A stretch of 64,000 nt of DNA. Origin: Phoronis australis. Taxonomy: Eukaryota; Animalia; Phoronida. Under the pieces are notes generated by a model. It saw nothing but the letters and a program-made list of their open reading frames with translations. It searched no databases and was not told the origin of the DNA. Each line of letters starts with the position of its first letter. Position 1 is the first letter of the stretch. Below are positions 1-13,700 of this stretch, in pieces. The stretch covers positions 426,996 to 490,995 of the forward strand of contig NMRA01000213.1 in assembly GCA_002633005.1 (NCBI GenBank). Reading direction: 5' to 3'. Position numbers and translations under genes: made by a program.

Positions 1-116
1 ACCGTTCAAGAACTGGATTACGAAGAAGCCAAGCGACATTGCGACATGCGTAACAGTCACGTGGTATTCGTGAACAGCCTGGAAGAGGAGAGTCAAATTG
101 TCCAATGGAAGAATGA
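1..116 (+). CDS. Exon (5'-truncated): C-type lectin domain 1, N-terminal half
   Basis: Frame 1 reads TVQELDYEEAKRHCDMRNSHVVFVNSLEEESQIVQWKN, matching the CTL 'A...C......L..I.S.EE' pattern. Donor GA|gtaatt, phase 2. Confidence 0.85.
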
Positions 117-1678
117 GTAATTATATTAGTAGATGTTTCTTGTGTAAAACTCTTGCAATTTACCATGCGATTGGGTACACCTGTATTTTCAACGCATTTC
201 TTCAACAGATTTTATTTTGAAAATACCATACTTGACGTTCCTTACGTAGACAAAGAAATGGTATAGCTGTTGATGTGGGTGCATACATGTATCTATACTG
301 ATTCGCCTACATCATGGTGTTTGTTTCGCCACCTGGTGCCCCCTTTGTGACTTAAGTAAAAAGAATTAGATAATCCTCTCCACTGAGAATTCATGCGGCT
401 GGCTGATGGCTGTAGAGAGCAAGTTGGTCAAATCATTTTAACTTGGTCCAATATTTGAAATTCAGCATGTAGTGCTGCCGTCTTCGTAAATGTTTAGCGG
501 TTTTGTTTGAGGGGTTTCGACACACTTTAAATGTATCGGTGATTTTTAAAAGAATTCGTACTTTGTATTTTGATCTTTGCGTACTACATATCTCCAAAAA
601 TGAAGACCATAGAATCAGTTTTCCGGTCAAATGCAACGAACACTGGAACATCAATCTGGCAAAGTGCGAAATTTACTTGGGTTAACATAGAGGCATCTCT
701 TAACTAAATTCATGATTTAGGTGGTTTTGAAAGTAGGTTAATTTTATTAATCACCAATTTACTAACTTTTTCACCGATCTCAAGGTCTTGATTATTCCCC
801 TGTGCATTTCACAGGATGACAACTATGGTATCGTGATAAAATTGCGCATCAAGTTAAGTTGATATGATCAACCTAAGACAAGAAGTTTCTTCAATTCGAA
901 ACTGCCGTTTGATTCAAGTCACACCCAGTGGTTGCACGTGCGTTTAGTATAACGTCTTAGTAAGATTAAAAGCCGTGCGTTATTATCGAAACATTAAAAT
1001 AACAAAAAAGGAACGCAAAACAAACATTTCTCCAATTAAATTATCACTTATTTGAAATAAAAAACATGTTCAAACGTTTTTCAATGTCGTAAAATAACGA
1101 ATGTGTTTTGGGAAACTGTGTCAAGCCCCTTTCAATGTATTGTTGAAGTTCTGAAAAGACGGCAGACGGCAATATCAAAAAACAGACACTAAGTACACAG
1201 TTGCATAACATACGCTCGTCCAAAATTTTCGTTTGAACTCCAAGCACCATCAGGGGAAAATGACGCTCCCGGAAGTCGAACATTGAAAACTGCCAAAGTG
1301 ACAATGGAAGCGTCAGTGCCATAAAGAACAGAGACAAGAGAACAAAACAAAAAACGGGGGGCTTTAATTTTTGAGATTTTGGACCTTATACTAAGATTCG
1401 ACGGTGTGTCGGCACTCTCTCCTGCAACAAGTTATTTTTGGCTTTTTTGATAAAAAAGAAACTTTTTAAAAACGTTGTTTTATTATTGGGTAAACAGTTA
1501 TCTATGCCCAAAAGTTCGGATCAAAAAGATTACTTTTAAGTAGATTTTTTAACTTCATCAAAGAATATTATATGAGTGAAAAGTATAATGCTCGTAAGGA
1601 TTTGATCTCAGAATTTGTACAAAAAAGATGGTGCAACTTTGAAACGGTTTTTCTTAGCAGTGAAGAGGATTAGTTGTG

Positions 1679-1753
<75 letters not shown>

Positions 1754-4700
1754 TGTGGTGTTCTTTGTCTTCTTGTCGTATTGTAATGTTTTTCCCATTG
1801 CCATTGCAATAATTGTATATAAAAAAGATTCGACGGATACGTTCTAAGCTATTAATTCTGCATTCGCAAAACTTTGGTATTACCTGCCTTTTTAGTGGTC
1901 TATTTTCGGTTTTTTTGTTTCTCTGATGCGGACCTTTTTGCCCACTTCGCCCGAGCCCCCGCCGGATTCGCCCATGCAAAAGTATCGCAACTCAAGGCCA
2001 GAGTCGTAACTTCTTAGTTTAACGTGTTATTCAAAGAGGGGGACCATTTAGAATCGGGACAGCGTTCACTCTCTTCACGGTGCAAGGCAAAGGTGTATTG
2101 CGAGTTCAAAAGATCCAAGTACATTTCATCTACCGACGAAGCTATTCTACGTGTGCAATTTGACTCCTTCCAATTTTCTTCTCGTTTCTGTAATGTACAT
2201 GTATTGTAAACATGATGCAAATAATGCCAAAACGCTTGTTTGCGCCTTCGGTGATACACGACCCAGTGTCTAAGCTCAGGGCGGGCTCGGTCGTGTAACC
2301 CTACACTGTACATTGATTTTAATGTTTCGAATGGCTTCGTGGTCTCCGTGTTCCCATTTCTCGGCGGGAAGAGTAAGAATCTCTAGGTAGGTCATAAAGG
2401 GTCCACGTGCTTGTGAGAAAAGCGTGACTACGCGAAATCTCGTGCGTGAAAGGCGAGCGTTTAGCAAGTATGCAGGGGAGCTAACTACACTGTCTTAACA
2501 AAATGAAGATGGAATATTGATTAATGGGATGGAATTCACAATTTATGGGATATAATTTACGGTTTCTGTTATGCCACAAGTCAACAGAACGTGGCCTCGG
2601 TATATTTGATTTTTGGCGTGTACATGTATGTAACCCTGCCATTTCACTGATGTTATTGTTTGCCAACACACAACTGACATTCATACACCTAAATCACGAT
2701 GCAGCTCTCCGAAGTAGGGAATCGCGAATCTGATGGTGACTCACCCGTTTGTGAAACTAGAATATGTTTCCAGAAGACAAAATCTATCCTTTGGGTGATA
2801 CCTTTCATATAGAAGAAATGTACATGTACATGGAAGTTTATTGTTGATTTTTGACGTCTGCACATGACCAGCGCTCCCAATAATTGCATAGCTATCGGCA
2901 GGCGTGACCATTTCCATTCACAAACTCTGCGGATAAGCGTTGGAATTTTAATGTGACCGAGCAATTAAAACGCGCATATTCTCCCTGGGGGCTTCCTATC
3001 AATCACGTCTTCTCGTGGTGAAACACTCGCCTGTGTTATGCACGCAACTGTGCGCCTACATCGACATCAAGTTTGATGCAGCTGCTCTGAGGGAATGTCA
3101 TGTCGTCTGTTTTCATGGCTTTAGAGAAATTTGCGTTATATCGTTTTTATTTCTTTTCATTGTCACGTGCTGTGTCAGAAGACAGGCAAGAATTGAATTT
3201 CTGTCGCCCTCAGTGCAAATAACCTATTTACTGACATTCCTGTCATGTCTTTTGGCAAACATTCTCATTCCAACACTAACAGCAGAAATGCCAGACATCT
3301 GAATTAAAGCGTGGCACTCTTTGTGTTTGTTTCAGTAAAAACATGTCCGTTGACGTCTTTTGGTTGAGTGAAGCCAATTCAAGCACGTCCAATTATGATT
3401 GGATGCACCCGATTGCATCTGGATTTCACTCACACCAATGCTCAAGCCTTGTTTGTAACTCTACCCATTGCTACGAGGTGGCACAAGACTGTCATGGTAC
3501 CCAGTCGGTAATTTGTGAGAAAAACATACCAGGTAAGGCATTGACATGCGGCTGCTTTTTGTTGTTTTCGAAAGACGCGCATGTTGGAATTGACCAGGGA
3601 AGTATAAACGTTTACGAAGTGCTTAAATCATGACTTCACGATTTATTACAAAACTGCCTCTGTCTTCTTCATATCGTACATGTATATGAATTGCACCTTT
3701 TCAGAGATATAACAATATTATTTAGCTACAGCANGATTGATGTCGCCTAGTCCTGTGTTCATAAACCGGAGAAAACACCAGAGTACATAAAAACAACAGT
3801 GTTGACATAGTCTGAGGTATCCATGAACTGTACATGTTGGGCCACGCGATGTACGGTAGTGGACCACCGATGGAATGGCTTCATTATATGGAAGAATATG
3901 TATCATTTACTTGGATTGCGATTCTGGTTGCATTTACGCCTTAAGTCTGCACCATGTGTTTCCATCCAGCACCACCTCTTTCGAAAGCCATCTCTTAATG
4001 ATGCTGCATTTGTTTACTTCATAGCTGATGGGCCAAGAAGCCTGGAGGATCTGTCTGCAAGCGCGTTCAGTGCGGCCAGTGCAGGTGCTTGCTTCACGCC
4101 CACATTCAGTGGCACTGCGTGGTGCGCTAAAACCAAAACGGACCCTAACGATTTTATTCAAGTTGATCTGGGTTTTGACTGGGTGGTTTCAGCCATTGGA
4201 ACAAAGGTAATGCTCCTTAAAAGATTATTTCTAAGGTGAAATGCGATGTTGCTGTCGACTTTTTACGAACACTGAGCAAACCCTACGTTCGCGCCTCTCC
4301 CCGGTGGTCATAAAAGTGGCGATATTTTGTAAAACTTGTTATGCTGCAAGTTTACCTCAACGTGGTGTTGGTTTGTTCAGGGGGTGATGTAAAAATGAAA
4401 CATTATTTTCAAACGTTCTTGTCATGTTTTTACGATATGAAATGAATTAAACACGTTGACGCCTGTTATTCGACGTGGAAATGGCAAAAATTGTGAAAGA
4501 CTCCTTCAGTGCATTTAACCGACTCACGTAAATAGGTTAAATGTCGTCCACGTGCTAGCACCCCCATGTCTGTGTTTTAATGGTCTTGGTTTGCATATTA
4601 CGATTTTCATGTCTTTCGGAGCAACTTCCGGTGTCCCATAGATATGTCACTCTAAAAGGTTCTACACTGTCCACAAGTTTGCCTCGGTCTTGTGAACTCG

Positions 4701-7700
4701 AACGTTTCGCTAAAATGACACTTTTACGATCGTGAGGTGTGGCTTATGGTTTTAAAGCAATACCTAGACGCCATCTTTATAGCCCCAGCAAAATGTGATG
4801 GGCCAGATATTTGTTTTTGTTTTCAATATAAACCAACGTAGAAAACGGTGCTGACTACGTGTTGCTAATGAAGAAAGGTTCCAAATTTTCATAAATTAAT
4901 GATTGAAAAGAGAAAGCAGCTCTTTTGAAGCGTTTGTTGGTCAAGGGCCCAAGGCAGTTTGCGAGTGGGTAGATTTCTAGGGCCGGACCCAAGTTACCCT
5001 TGTGCCATCCAGTGCCTTTTGATTTAAACGACAGACGGCAGCTATTGTTCACGTGTCTTGAACGCAACTCATTGACAGCTACAAATGTATTGTAATACAT
5101 GTACATCTGCTGATGAGTTTTTCAAGAAATGTCTCTACTCACAGGGTCGGGCAACGGAGGACCAATGGGTAAAAACGTATGAGCTTCAACTGGCCATGGA
5201 GAACGATACTTTCGCTTGTGAACAGGGCTTTCCTCTCGGCACATGCAAAGAGGTAACGAAACGAAGTCACACCTTGTGCCATTTTAAGGAGCAGCACGTA
5301 CCCTAGTTACTAGCAACTACATTTCATGCTATCTTTGAATGCGTTAGTCTTCAACTAAAGAAAACTTTTCCTTCGCATTTGCTATCTCAAGGCAAGAGAA
5401 ATGATCATCCAAAATACGGCACTATCGTTGATACCTAATTTCCTGTTGGTGTTTGAACTCAAGTGTTATCGATGGTAAAAAAGGCTTCCAGACATTTTCA
5501 TCAGACAGAGTAAACCGGCCAGTTTTCTGCAGGTTTATGCAAGAAGTTATTGCTATTTTAGGTGAGATTGTGAGACACAGGCAATTTATCGGCAGCATGA
5601 CACGTGATGCAAAATGAGTTCGGTACTTGTTTTTGATTTGCTCGTTTACCGCGCGTGCGGATTCAGATCTGACCTGTATTTTGAAAAGGGGCCAGTCGGT
5701 CTGTAGGTCAGCCACACGTTCGGCAAACGGAACATAGTTCGTTTAATAATAAGAAAAACCCATAACCGCAACCCAGTGTTCTCCCTACGAATGGTACCAA
5801 TTGGAAAGAATACATGTACGTCTGGTGGTTAACTATGACATCTTGTTTCTTTCACTTTCAGTTTGCGGGTAACGAGGACAGGCACACGGAGGTCGTCAAC
5901 AGACTCGAGTTTCCGCGAGTGGCAAGATATGTGAGAATTAAACCTCTTGCCTTCCACATGTGGAAGTCTTTGCGGTTTGAAGTTTACGGCTTTGCATACG
6001 GTAATTAATTTCTACTCTTCATCATGGGGACTTTTTGAAATTAACCCGTATGGTGGCGCTGCAACTATAGTAAGTCAGTTTCAGGTTATCCGCCAGGTGA
6101 CTCATGGGCCTTATGGGTAGTAGTTGCATTACTGAACCACTGGGCGAAAAGCTAAAGTTTTTATTTTCATTTCAAACATTTTCTGGGTGTTTTTGGGTCC
6201 AAATTTCGTTGCATTTCTTTCAATTTAGAACAAATTGTATGTTTTGAACAATAATTATAATGAAATCAGAACCCATTTCTTTACTGCGTGAGTAACGTGA
6301 ACCCCGGCCCAAATTACGTACAAAACTTTGAGGAACGAATACAAAATTAAGGTCAATGTTTCTGCTTTCAGGACTTTGGAGTTGCATTATAAACACAAGT
6401 TTTATTCACTCTTTGATCTGCAAATAGCATTCCACGGGAAATGCATGTACGAGCAAGAAACCGAAGTCACAACATCTGAACGTTGGTTAATGACACAAAT
6501 AAATCAAGGGTCCGAAATAATAGCCTACAGGGGCCCAAGTTGTAAATACCGTAATCAGCGAGCGGTTTCCCCTTGGTGATCAATCGGTTCATAACCCTCA
6601 AGCACTACGACATCCACAATACAACCCATCTACAGTTGTACATGTATCTGGTGGTGGTCATAACAATGAAATTGGACATTTTATTTTGTTTACCCTTGAC
6701 GTGTTGAACAGCTTCAACCACGTTTCTGGGGGTAGATAACTGGGTGAACCTTAGCTGTCTGGATCACATTGTAAACTTCACTACGGCGATTGCTGATCAT
6801 GTTAATGGGTCATGCATTAGGTTTCAAGGTTGTCCATGTTTTAAAATGAGTGTAGTAAATCATTTACTTGTATTTCAAGATTCCAATCAATGTAACAAAT
6901 TTATGACTATTAATGATGACCGTTATCTATCCACTGTAGCGCTACAGAACAACTAAATCGTTTTTGACATAAGGGCCATACTTGGGGAAATGAAATAGCA
7001 CTAATTGTCTGCATTATATTATGCCTTTTTCCCAATTTGTTATGTATTGATCCCTTCTAAGTGCAGAAAACACACCAAACTGATTTCATCAGAAAATTGT
7101 CCCTCGGGCTCTACAAAGTATCAACCTTTGCATGAGTAAGGTCAGTGCACGTACACGCACGATTCAGCAGGTCTGATGTCGCTTTCCCATTAGTGGAATT
7201 TCGCCGAAACTTCGCTTACCTTTCCTACTAGATAGGGATATCGAAGTTATATATTTACATGTAGATACATGTACCAGACAACGCCGTTCATTTGTACTTC
7301 GCTCAACTTGCCGAATATTGAGTAGTGGGTTCGAGGCTAACTGAAAGTTGCTCTGCCATTTACTAGACGGTGCCATTGAAAATGATCAATGTTATTCTTC
7401 ATCAGACATGCTTTCTTTTATTTATTTCATGTGTCTATGGAGATCACGTCGGCTACGCTACAATATCAAAGAAAACGTTTTGCGAGTCTCGCTTGATTTC
7501 GCTTTTAAATCCTACTATCACGCAGAATATCGCCATATTTTACAACCTAAGCATATTGTACCAACTAGCTTTTCTCGCGAGTGCCTTCAGTATTTCAGAC
7601 AAGCCCAGGGACATTTTGAACGTCGAAAATACTTGTTATGCTCATTATTTAATACGCCGGACCGGCTCACCAAATTAGGATATCTGGCTTGTTTGTGAGT

Positions 7701-10700
7701 TGGAAGTCGTAATAGGAATTCAAGCAAAAGCTCTGGAGGATTGAACTGACTGTCCGGAGACTGAATCAAGTTCATGCCAAATCTTGAACTGTATCAGGAC
7801 TGAAACATGAACACTGATTTTGGAATAGTTGGGTTGTCGTTCCGTGGCAAATGCGCTTGTACATGTGCCCTTGTGGTTCATGAATGCAAACAAGTTAAAA
7901 CTTGTTGGGAAAAATGAATAAATATGTTGAGGGGTATGCTGACTGTAAATAAACTTTATGCCTTATTACAGATGCTCCCAGAGATAAATATGGTGGATGG
8001 TCGCACTGGGGAGCCTGGTCCAGTTGCGCTATGCCGACCCAGGCTACGCAAAATCGGAGACGAAACTGTACGAACCCGCTACCGCAAACTGGTCGGCACT
8101 GCCTCGGAGCTCCAGTTTCTTACCGAGCTTGTCCGCCAAGTATGTGCGTTTGCTAATTTGGGTTAAGGCCATGGTGGGATGCTTTTTGAAATGCGTCATT
8201 TTTCCAAACTGGTTCTGTTGTTCAAGTGGACACACGGTTTTTCTACGTTTGTGTTACACGCAGAGCATGAATACTGTCCCCGATTAGACATTTAACTTTC
8301 TATGGAAAACTCAAAATGGTATTTTCTCAATTATCCTTTGCAGCAAGACAGAATCTGATACATTAGGTACTAAATAAGCGCATGATCAAAGTTCCTGGTG
8401 ATTTATTCTGAAATAATGTCTTCTATATGGGTCAAGCAACTTTTTTCTTAATCATTAAGATTAATGACGTGCCCTGGTGCTGACGCAGTGTTCAGCAAAA
8501 TTAGGAATCGTGATGGTAAACAAAATTCAAGCAGTGGCAGAACCTTCATGTCTTCCAAACCCGAATCAACTCCTTGTCAGAGTTAATTGGCAGATAAATA
8601 GAATTTTTGACGCAAAAAATAGCGTTGTTGTCGAACTTTTGTGGAAGAATAATGCGACTTACTTTCTGACACCTAGCCGTTAATTGTTTTTATGAAAGGA
8701 CATGCCCAGTTCAGAACATGCCCAATTGATTTTGAAAACTACAGCACGGTTGCAGGTGTATGAAATAAAGTTGGGCGATTCCATGTGAATATCAGTGTAT
8801 TCTGGGTTATCTACAGAATACTTTTGACATATGATCAGTCTGTAAGATGCAAATAGTGCTAGATTTTACAGGGAACAACTCACAACTCGCCCACTGCAGC
8901 ACATCACCGTGCCCAATTGATGGAAACTGGACTTCCTGGTCACAATGGTCGAATTGTTCGTCGGAATGCGGACATTCGACTCGAAACAGAACTCGAAAGT
9001 GTTCCAATCCTATTCCCGCATTCGGAGGAGAAGACTGCATGGGAAACGCCACACAGATATTGGTCTGTGTCGTGGCAAGATGTCCGAGTAAGTTTGACAA
9101 TTGCGTTGTTTTCGTAATGACGCATTGCCGACAAAAAATTCTATAGTTTCTTTAAAATACCAAAGGGTTCCGTAGTTTTCGCTTACGAGGAGTTTGAAAT
9201 GACGAACGCCATGCCTCGAGCTCAGGTAGATTGTCAATTTTAACAGGGGTTGTCTCGGGTGGGTATTTTGGATAGTCTAGTATTTGATTGTATTTTGCCA
9301 CCTCTGGTAACGTCTTGTACGGGTACTGGACTCTGTGGTTGCTGTGTTTCCATCTCAGGTGAAAAATGGATCAATATGTGATGGGGGACATAGAAAGGGA
9401 GGTTAGTTGTATTCGATTATATTGTTTTGGTTGATTATTTGATTTCGTGTGGCGGCATTCCCCTGTTTCACGAACCCTCGGACATCTGAATAAACTCATT
9501 AATCGTCCCTGTGAACTGACGCTTGATACAAAATAAACGGAAAGTCATCCGGAAGAAAATATTTCTCCTCCAGTATGAGTTTAACACGGTGAGTGTTACT
9601 GCCACTTCACTTTCCTCTCTTAACCTGTACCGACGGTCACGGCTCTCGATTCTTGGAAATCGGTAAGTTTAATCTTCCTTCTTCAAGACATTGTCCTGTC
9701 GTCTTCTTAGTGAAAGAGAGCGCTTGTGTTTAGCCTGTGTGTGAGAGGTTCACGTGAGGAATGCTTGCCAGCAGATTTGTTCACAGCTCTTGCTGCCACT
9801 GCTACTGCTGCTGCTGCTGCTGCCGCCGCCGCCGCCGCCGCTGTCGCTGCTGCCGCCGCTGATCAGGTACTACTGCTACTGCTCCTGCTCTTACTGCTGC
9901 TCTGCTGCTACTCTCGATACCGCTGCAGCTGCTGTTGCTCCTGTCGCTTTTCCTGTACTACTGTTGTTGCTAGTACCCGTGTCTATTCAAGAACCCAAAA
10001 GAGTTGAACCATTTGTTCCATTTTATCATAATCACAAGTTCCGAAGTAGAGATATTTTCAATTTGGATACACATCAATACCTCCTTGAAATTTTTGATAG
10101 GGAGACACCTTTCTAGGTCGTTGACGGTAGATGTGATGTTTTTCACGACAAATGAATAAATTAATTGTGTCTGACATGCGTAATTTGCCAACGAAAAAGT
10201 CTGCAGGAAAGAGGAACAGAGATTAAGTAAATATTGTGGTTCGGAAAGAACCAATGACTGGATTCAGACCAAAATCCTTTAGTCGCAACACAATCCTATT
10301 AGAGTTGGTCATATTGTCTGGTTCTTACAAAATGTACAGACATCTGATTGCTTGACACCAATTTTGACAAGAAATACATCTGTAACCACGGTTTTATACA
10401 GGAACCTTGTCTGAAACAAGTTCAACCTCTTATCACAAAAAGCAAATGTTTTACGCCTCTCTCCACCGTGTGTGTTCATTAGTATTATTGACCTACGATT
10501 CCAGATTCATTGCTTTGTTGTTTTTATAAAAGTTTTCAATTAAAGTAATCGAATACGTTTGCTACATTTACACACGTTCCTTTAAATATCTTTCAAAACA
10601 CAGCTCGTCAACCCATGAAAGTATATACTTTCCAAATGCCTGATGCCCACATAAAACCTAATGTGCGCTTTATTGTTTGAAGTTAAAAATTGTTTTGGCT

Positions 10701-13700
10701 AACTTTTGTGAAACCTAGTTTACGTATCCTACAGCTGCGATTATCAATACTACTACTACTAATAGTACTGCTGCTACTACTACTACTAATACTACGCTAA
10801 CACTACTGCTACTACTAGTATTACTCACCCTCCTCCTCCTCTTCATCCTTTTCCTCTTCCTACTACTACTACAACCACCGCCACTACCATCTCTACTACT
10901 ATCATTACTGCTACTACTACTACTACCACTACTACCACTACTACTTCTACTTCTAATACTACCACCACTACTACTGCTACTACTACTACTAATATTCAGT
11001 GACTATTACTGCTACTTGTACTATACATGTATGTACCATTTACGACTGTTACTACTACTGTTGCTGTTGCTGCTGCTGCGGCTGCTGCTACTACTACTAC
11101 TCAGTGACTATTACTGCTACTTGTACTATATGTACCCTTTACGACTGTTACTACCACTACCACTACCAATACCACTACCGCTACCACTACCACTACCACT
11201 ACAACAACTACTACAAACATTACCACTGACCGCCACTTCCACGACCACTACTACTACTACCACCGTTACCGCTACAGCTGCCACTGCCCGATGCCGCTAC
11301 AGCTACTGCTACTACTACGACTACCATGTAAGCCTGCATTTGTCACGGAAGAGCTTACAAATGCTGGGACGCATGCAAGTGAACCACTGTGTCAAGAAAA
11401 GACGCACGACGTAATGGCTTCGAAATTAAAGAGCTAGCCCTGGGCTTACATGTAGATTATAATCTTCGAATTTCGACTCTACTAACACTCAAACTAAAAA
11501 AAAAAACAGCCACCCCCTGTAATTTGTGTACGAGTTTGAAAGTCTGCTCGAAACGTGACATGTAAAAGGTTAATTTCCAATCTCGTCCCGAGTTCAGATA
11601 TAAGGCCAAGAGTTCTGATTTTATTACTGACTGACATTAACAAGGTGATGCTGTAGTGAAAAAGTACATGGTATCTATTATTTTACTGAAATTCTCAACG
11701 AAGTGGACTATCAACTTACCAGGCCATGGACACCCTGTATCTCACGACGGAAGTCAAACGGTATGACACAGTGGTTCAGATGGAAACTCTTGAAATTTGC
11801 GGCCACAACTTTTTTCTCAGTTAATAGCGTTAAATCCGCGCTTTCTGTCAAAAATAGTTTTGATCTAATCCACCTACCGTTATAAACAGTAAGTGACCTC
11901 GATTACAGTTGGTTTTTGACCGTGTGGACCGGTAAGAAAGGTGGTGTTACGAGAAAATGCAAGGATAATATCCTGGTGTCTTCAGTAGAATACCTGGTAT
12001 CACCTACATCTAGTAGTACATGTACCTGCGCGGATAGCCATGAAATTGATACCATCATTGTTACGTTTGACACTATATTTTTGTGAAATTACACCAACAA
12101 ATGAGCTAGTTTGGTGATACAGGCTCGTAAAAGGGTCGGATGGTTTGATCGCAGCTGGTACATTCAAGAGGAAACGCCCTCAGGTGCAGAGAGTGTGCTA
12201 GACTCCCCAGGATTTTCAAAGGATGGATTTGCAGTGATGCGACACAAAGATGTGTCTGTTTTGCGCGTTATGTTGACATGCGCGATACAGGGATGACATA
12301 AGCAACATGTGTGTTCATGACGTAATCCGCAAACGGACCGCCCGTTATTGGATCAGCGGCAGAAGCGTGGTATGGGGTAAGTAGACTGAATTTTCGCCAA
12401 GATTCTTTCACTGTAGTGATTAGACTGTTCCACGAAATAAATGTCAATGCAACGCAATATTCTTCGTGTTAGTTCTCTGTACAGTAGGCCTACTTATTTC
12501 TGAAATATTCACGTAATTGTGCACAAACGGTTTGCACAGTGGCGGATCTAGGATATCGCAAGGGGGGCCCAACATTTTGTCCGGGCATAAGCATTTGCGC
12601 AAACCACGATTGTAGATGCGCATAGCACCGAATGGGTATAATTTTAATTACCGGGGTTAATTAATAAACTCAACATTTCACTACGCTCTTGCTGTTTTAT
12701 TTTTTTTGCGGCAGCCAAGGGGGGGCAGGCCCCCTGCCCCCCCCCCTAAATCCGCCTATGTTGCAGTACGTGATTTCAGAGAAATAATTTTAGATTCTGT
12801 TGTGTCTCGTCTTGTTTATTTGCTCAGACCCAAATGGGAATCTGGCCCGTATTGGAATGACGTCATCAGGCTTACTCAAGAAGTAGTTTCTGGACCGTAC
12901 TTTAATAAACAATCGCTGTCGTTTCGATGGTCGTGGCCTTGGTGTCTGCAAGTGTGCAGGATTTCTTGTGTATAACTCTTGAGATGGGCTTTTATCCAGG
13001 ATTGTGTGAGGTTTGATCAGGAATTACTGTCCTATATTTTTACTTCATTTTAATTCAATTCTTGGTGGTTTTGGGCACTGGTGTTACTGTTAATATGTTT
13101 ATCATCTGGTCAGGTACCTTGGATGGCTTGGTTCCAGCTGGTTTTAACTTTTATATGTGTAGTTGTTTTATATTGTTGTGCTTTGTCTCGTTAGTTAGGC
13201 TATGCAAATGAGCCTACACCATGAACACATGGACAAGTTCCTTTCTGAAGCCGGTCTCTGACAAGAAGATTACAAGAATCTTGTGCTGAGGGAAGACCGA
13301 GTTTAAGGACAAGACAGCTAGTGTTGTCAGTTAAAGGGGTTTGTTGGCAAGCACACCCGTCATCTGAATGTTCCAGAGATAAATGTAGCTGACACGCTAT
13401 TGCTGGATTTGTGTTGCTGTCAACAGATTGAAATTGGGTTATTTTGAATAAACTACCATTATCGTTCAGTCCCAGGCGTGATTCAGTTGATTGAAAATTT
13501 CCTTGGTCCCATTGCGACATCCTAAATCGGGCTGTGAGGAACCTTTTCCCTTGAACCTGTTTTAGGTCGAATTGAATGCAATAATTATCTACATTTTCTT
13601 CCCAAAGAGCTACTAGCACATGTAAGTTATCATAATTCCTTCACAGGTGATATCATGATGTGGGAACCTGTACTACGTGTTTGGACTGGTCATGAATAGT

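Noticed and set aside
1608-1979. His-Thr and Cys-Val repeat ORFs
   Set aside because: Derived from the (GT)n microsatellite plus a MITE fragment.
9390-9530. Possible polypurine tract plus short LTR (TGTATT...GATACA)
   Set aside because: No second LTR, no clear TSD and no recognisable gag/pol sequence.
9726-11414. Poly-Ala/Leu/Cys/Thr ORFs resembling signal peptides or mucin stalks
   Set aside because: Trinucleotide microsatellite translations with stops and no convincing phase-compatible splice sites. A Thr-rich mucin exon cannot be fully excluded.
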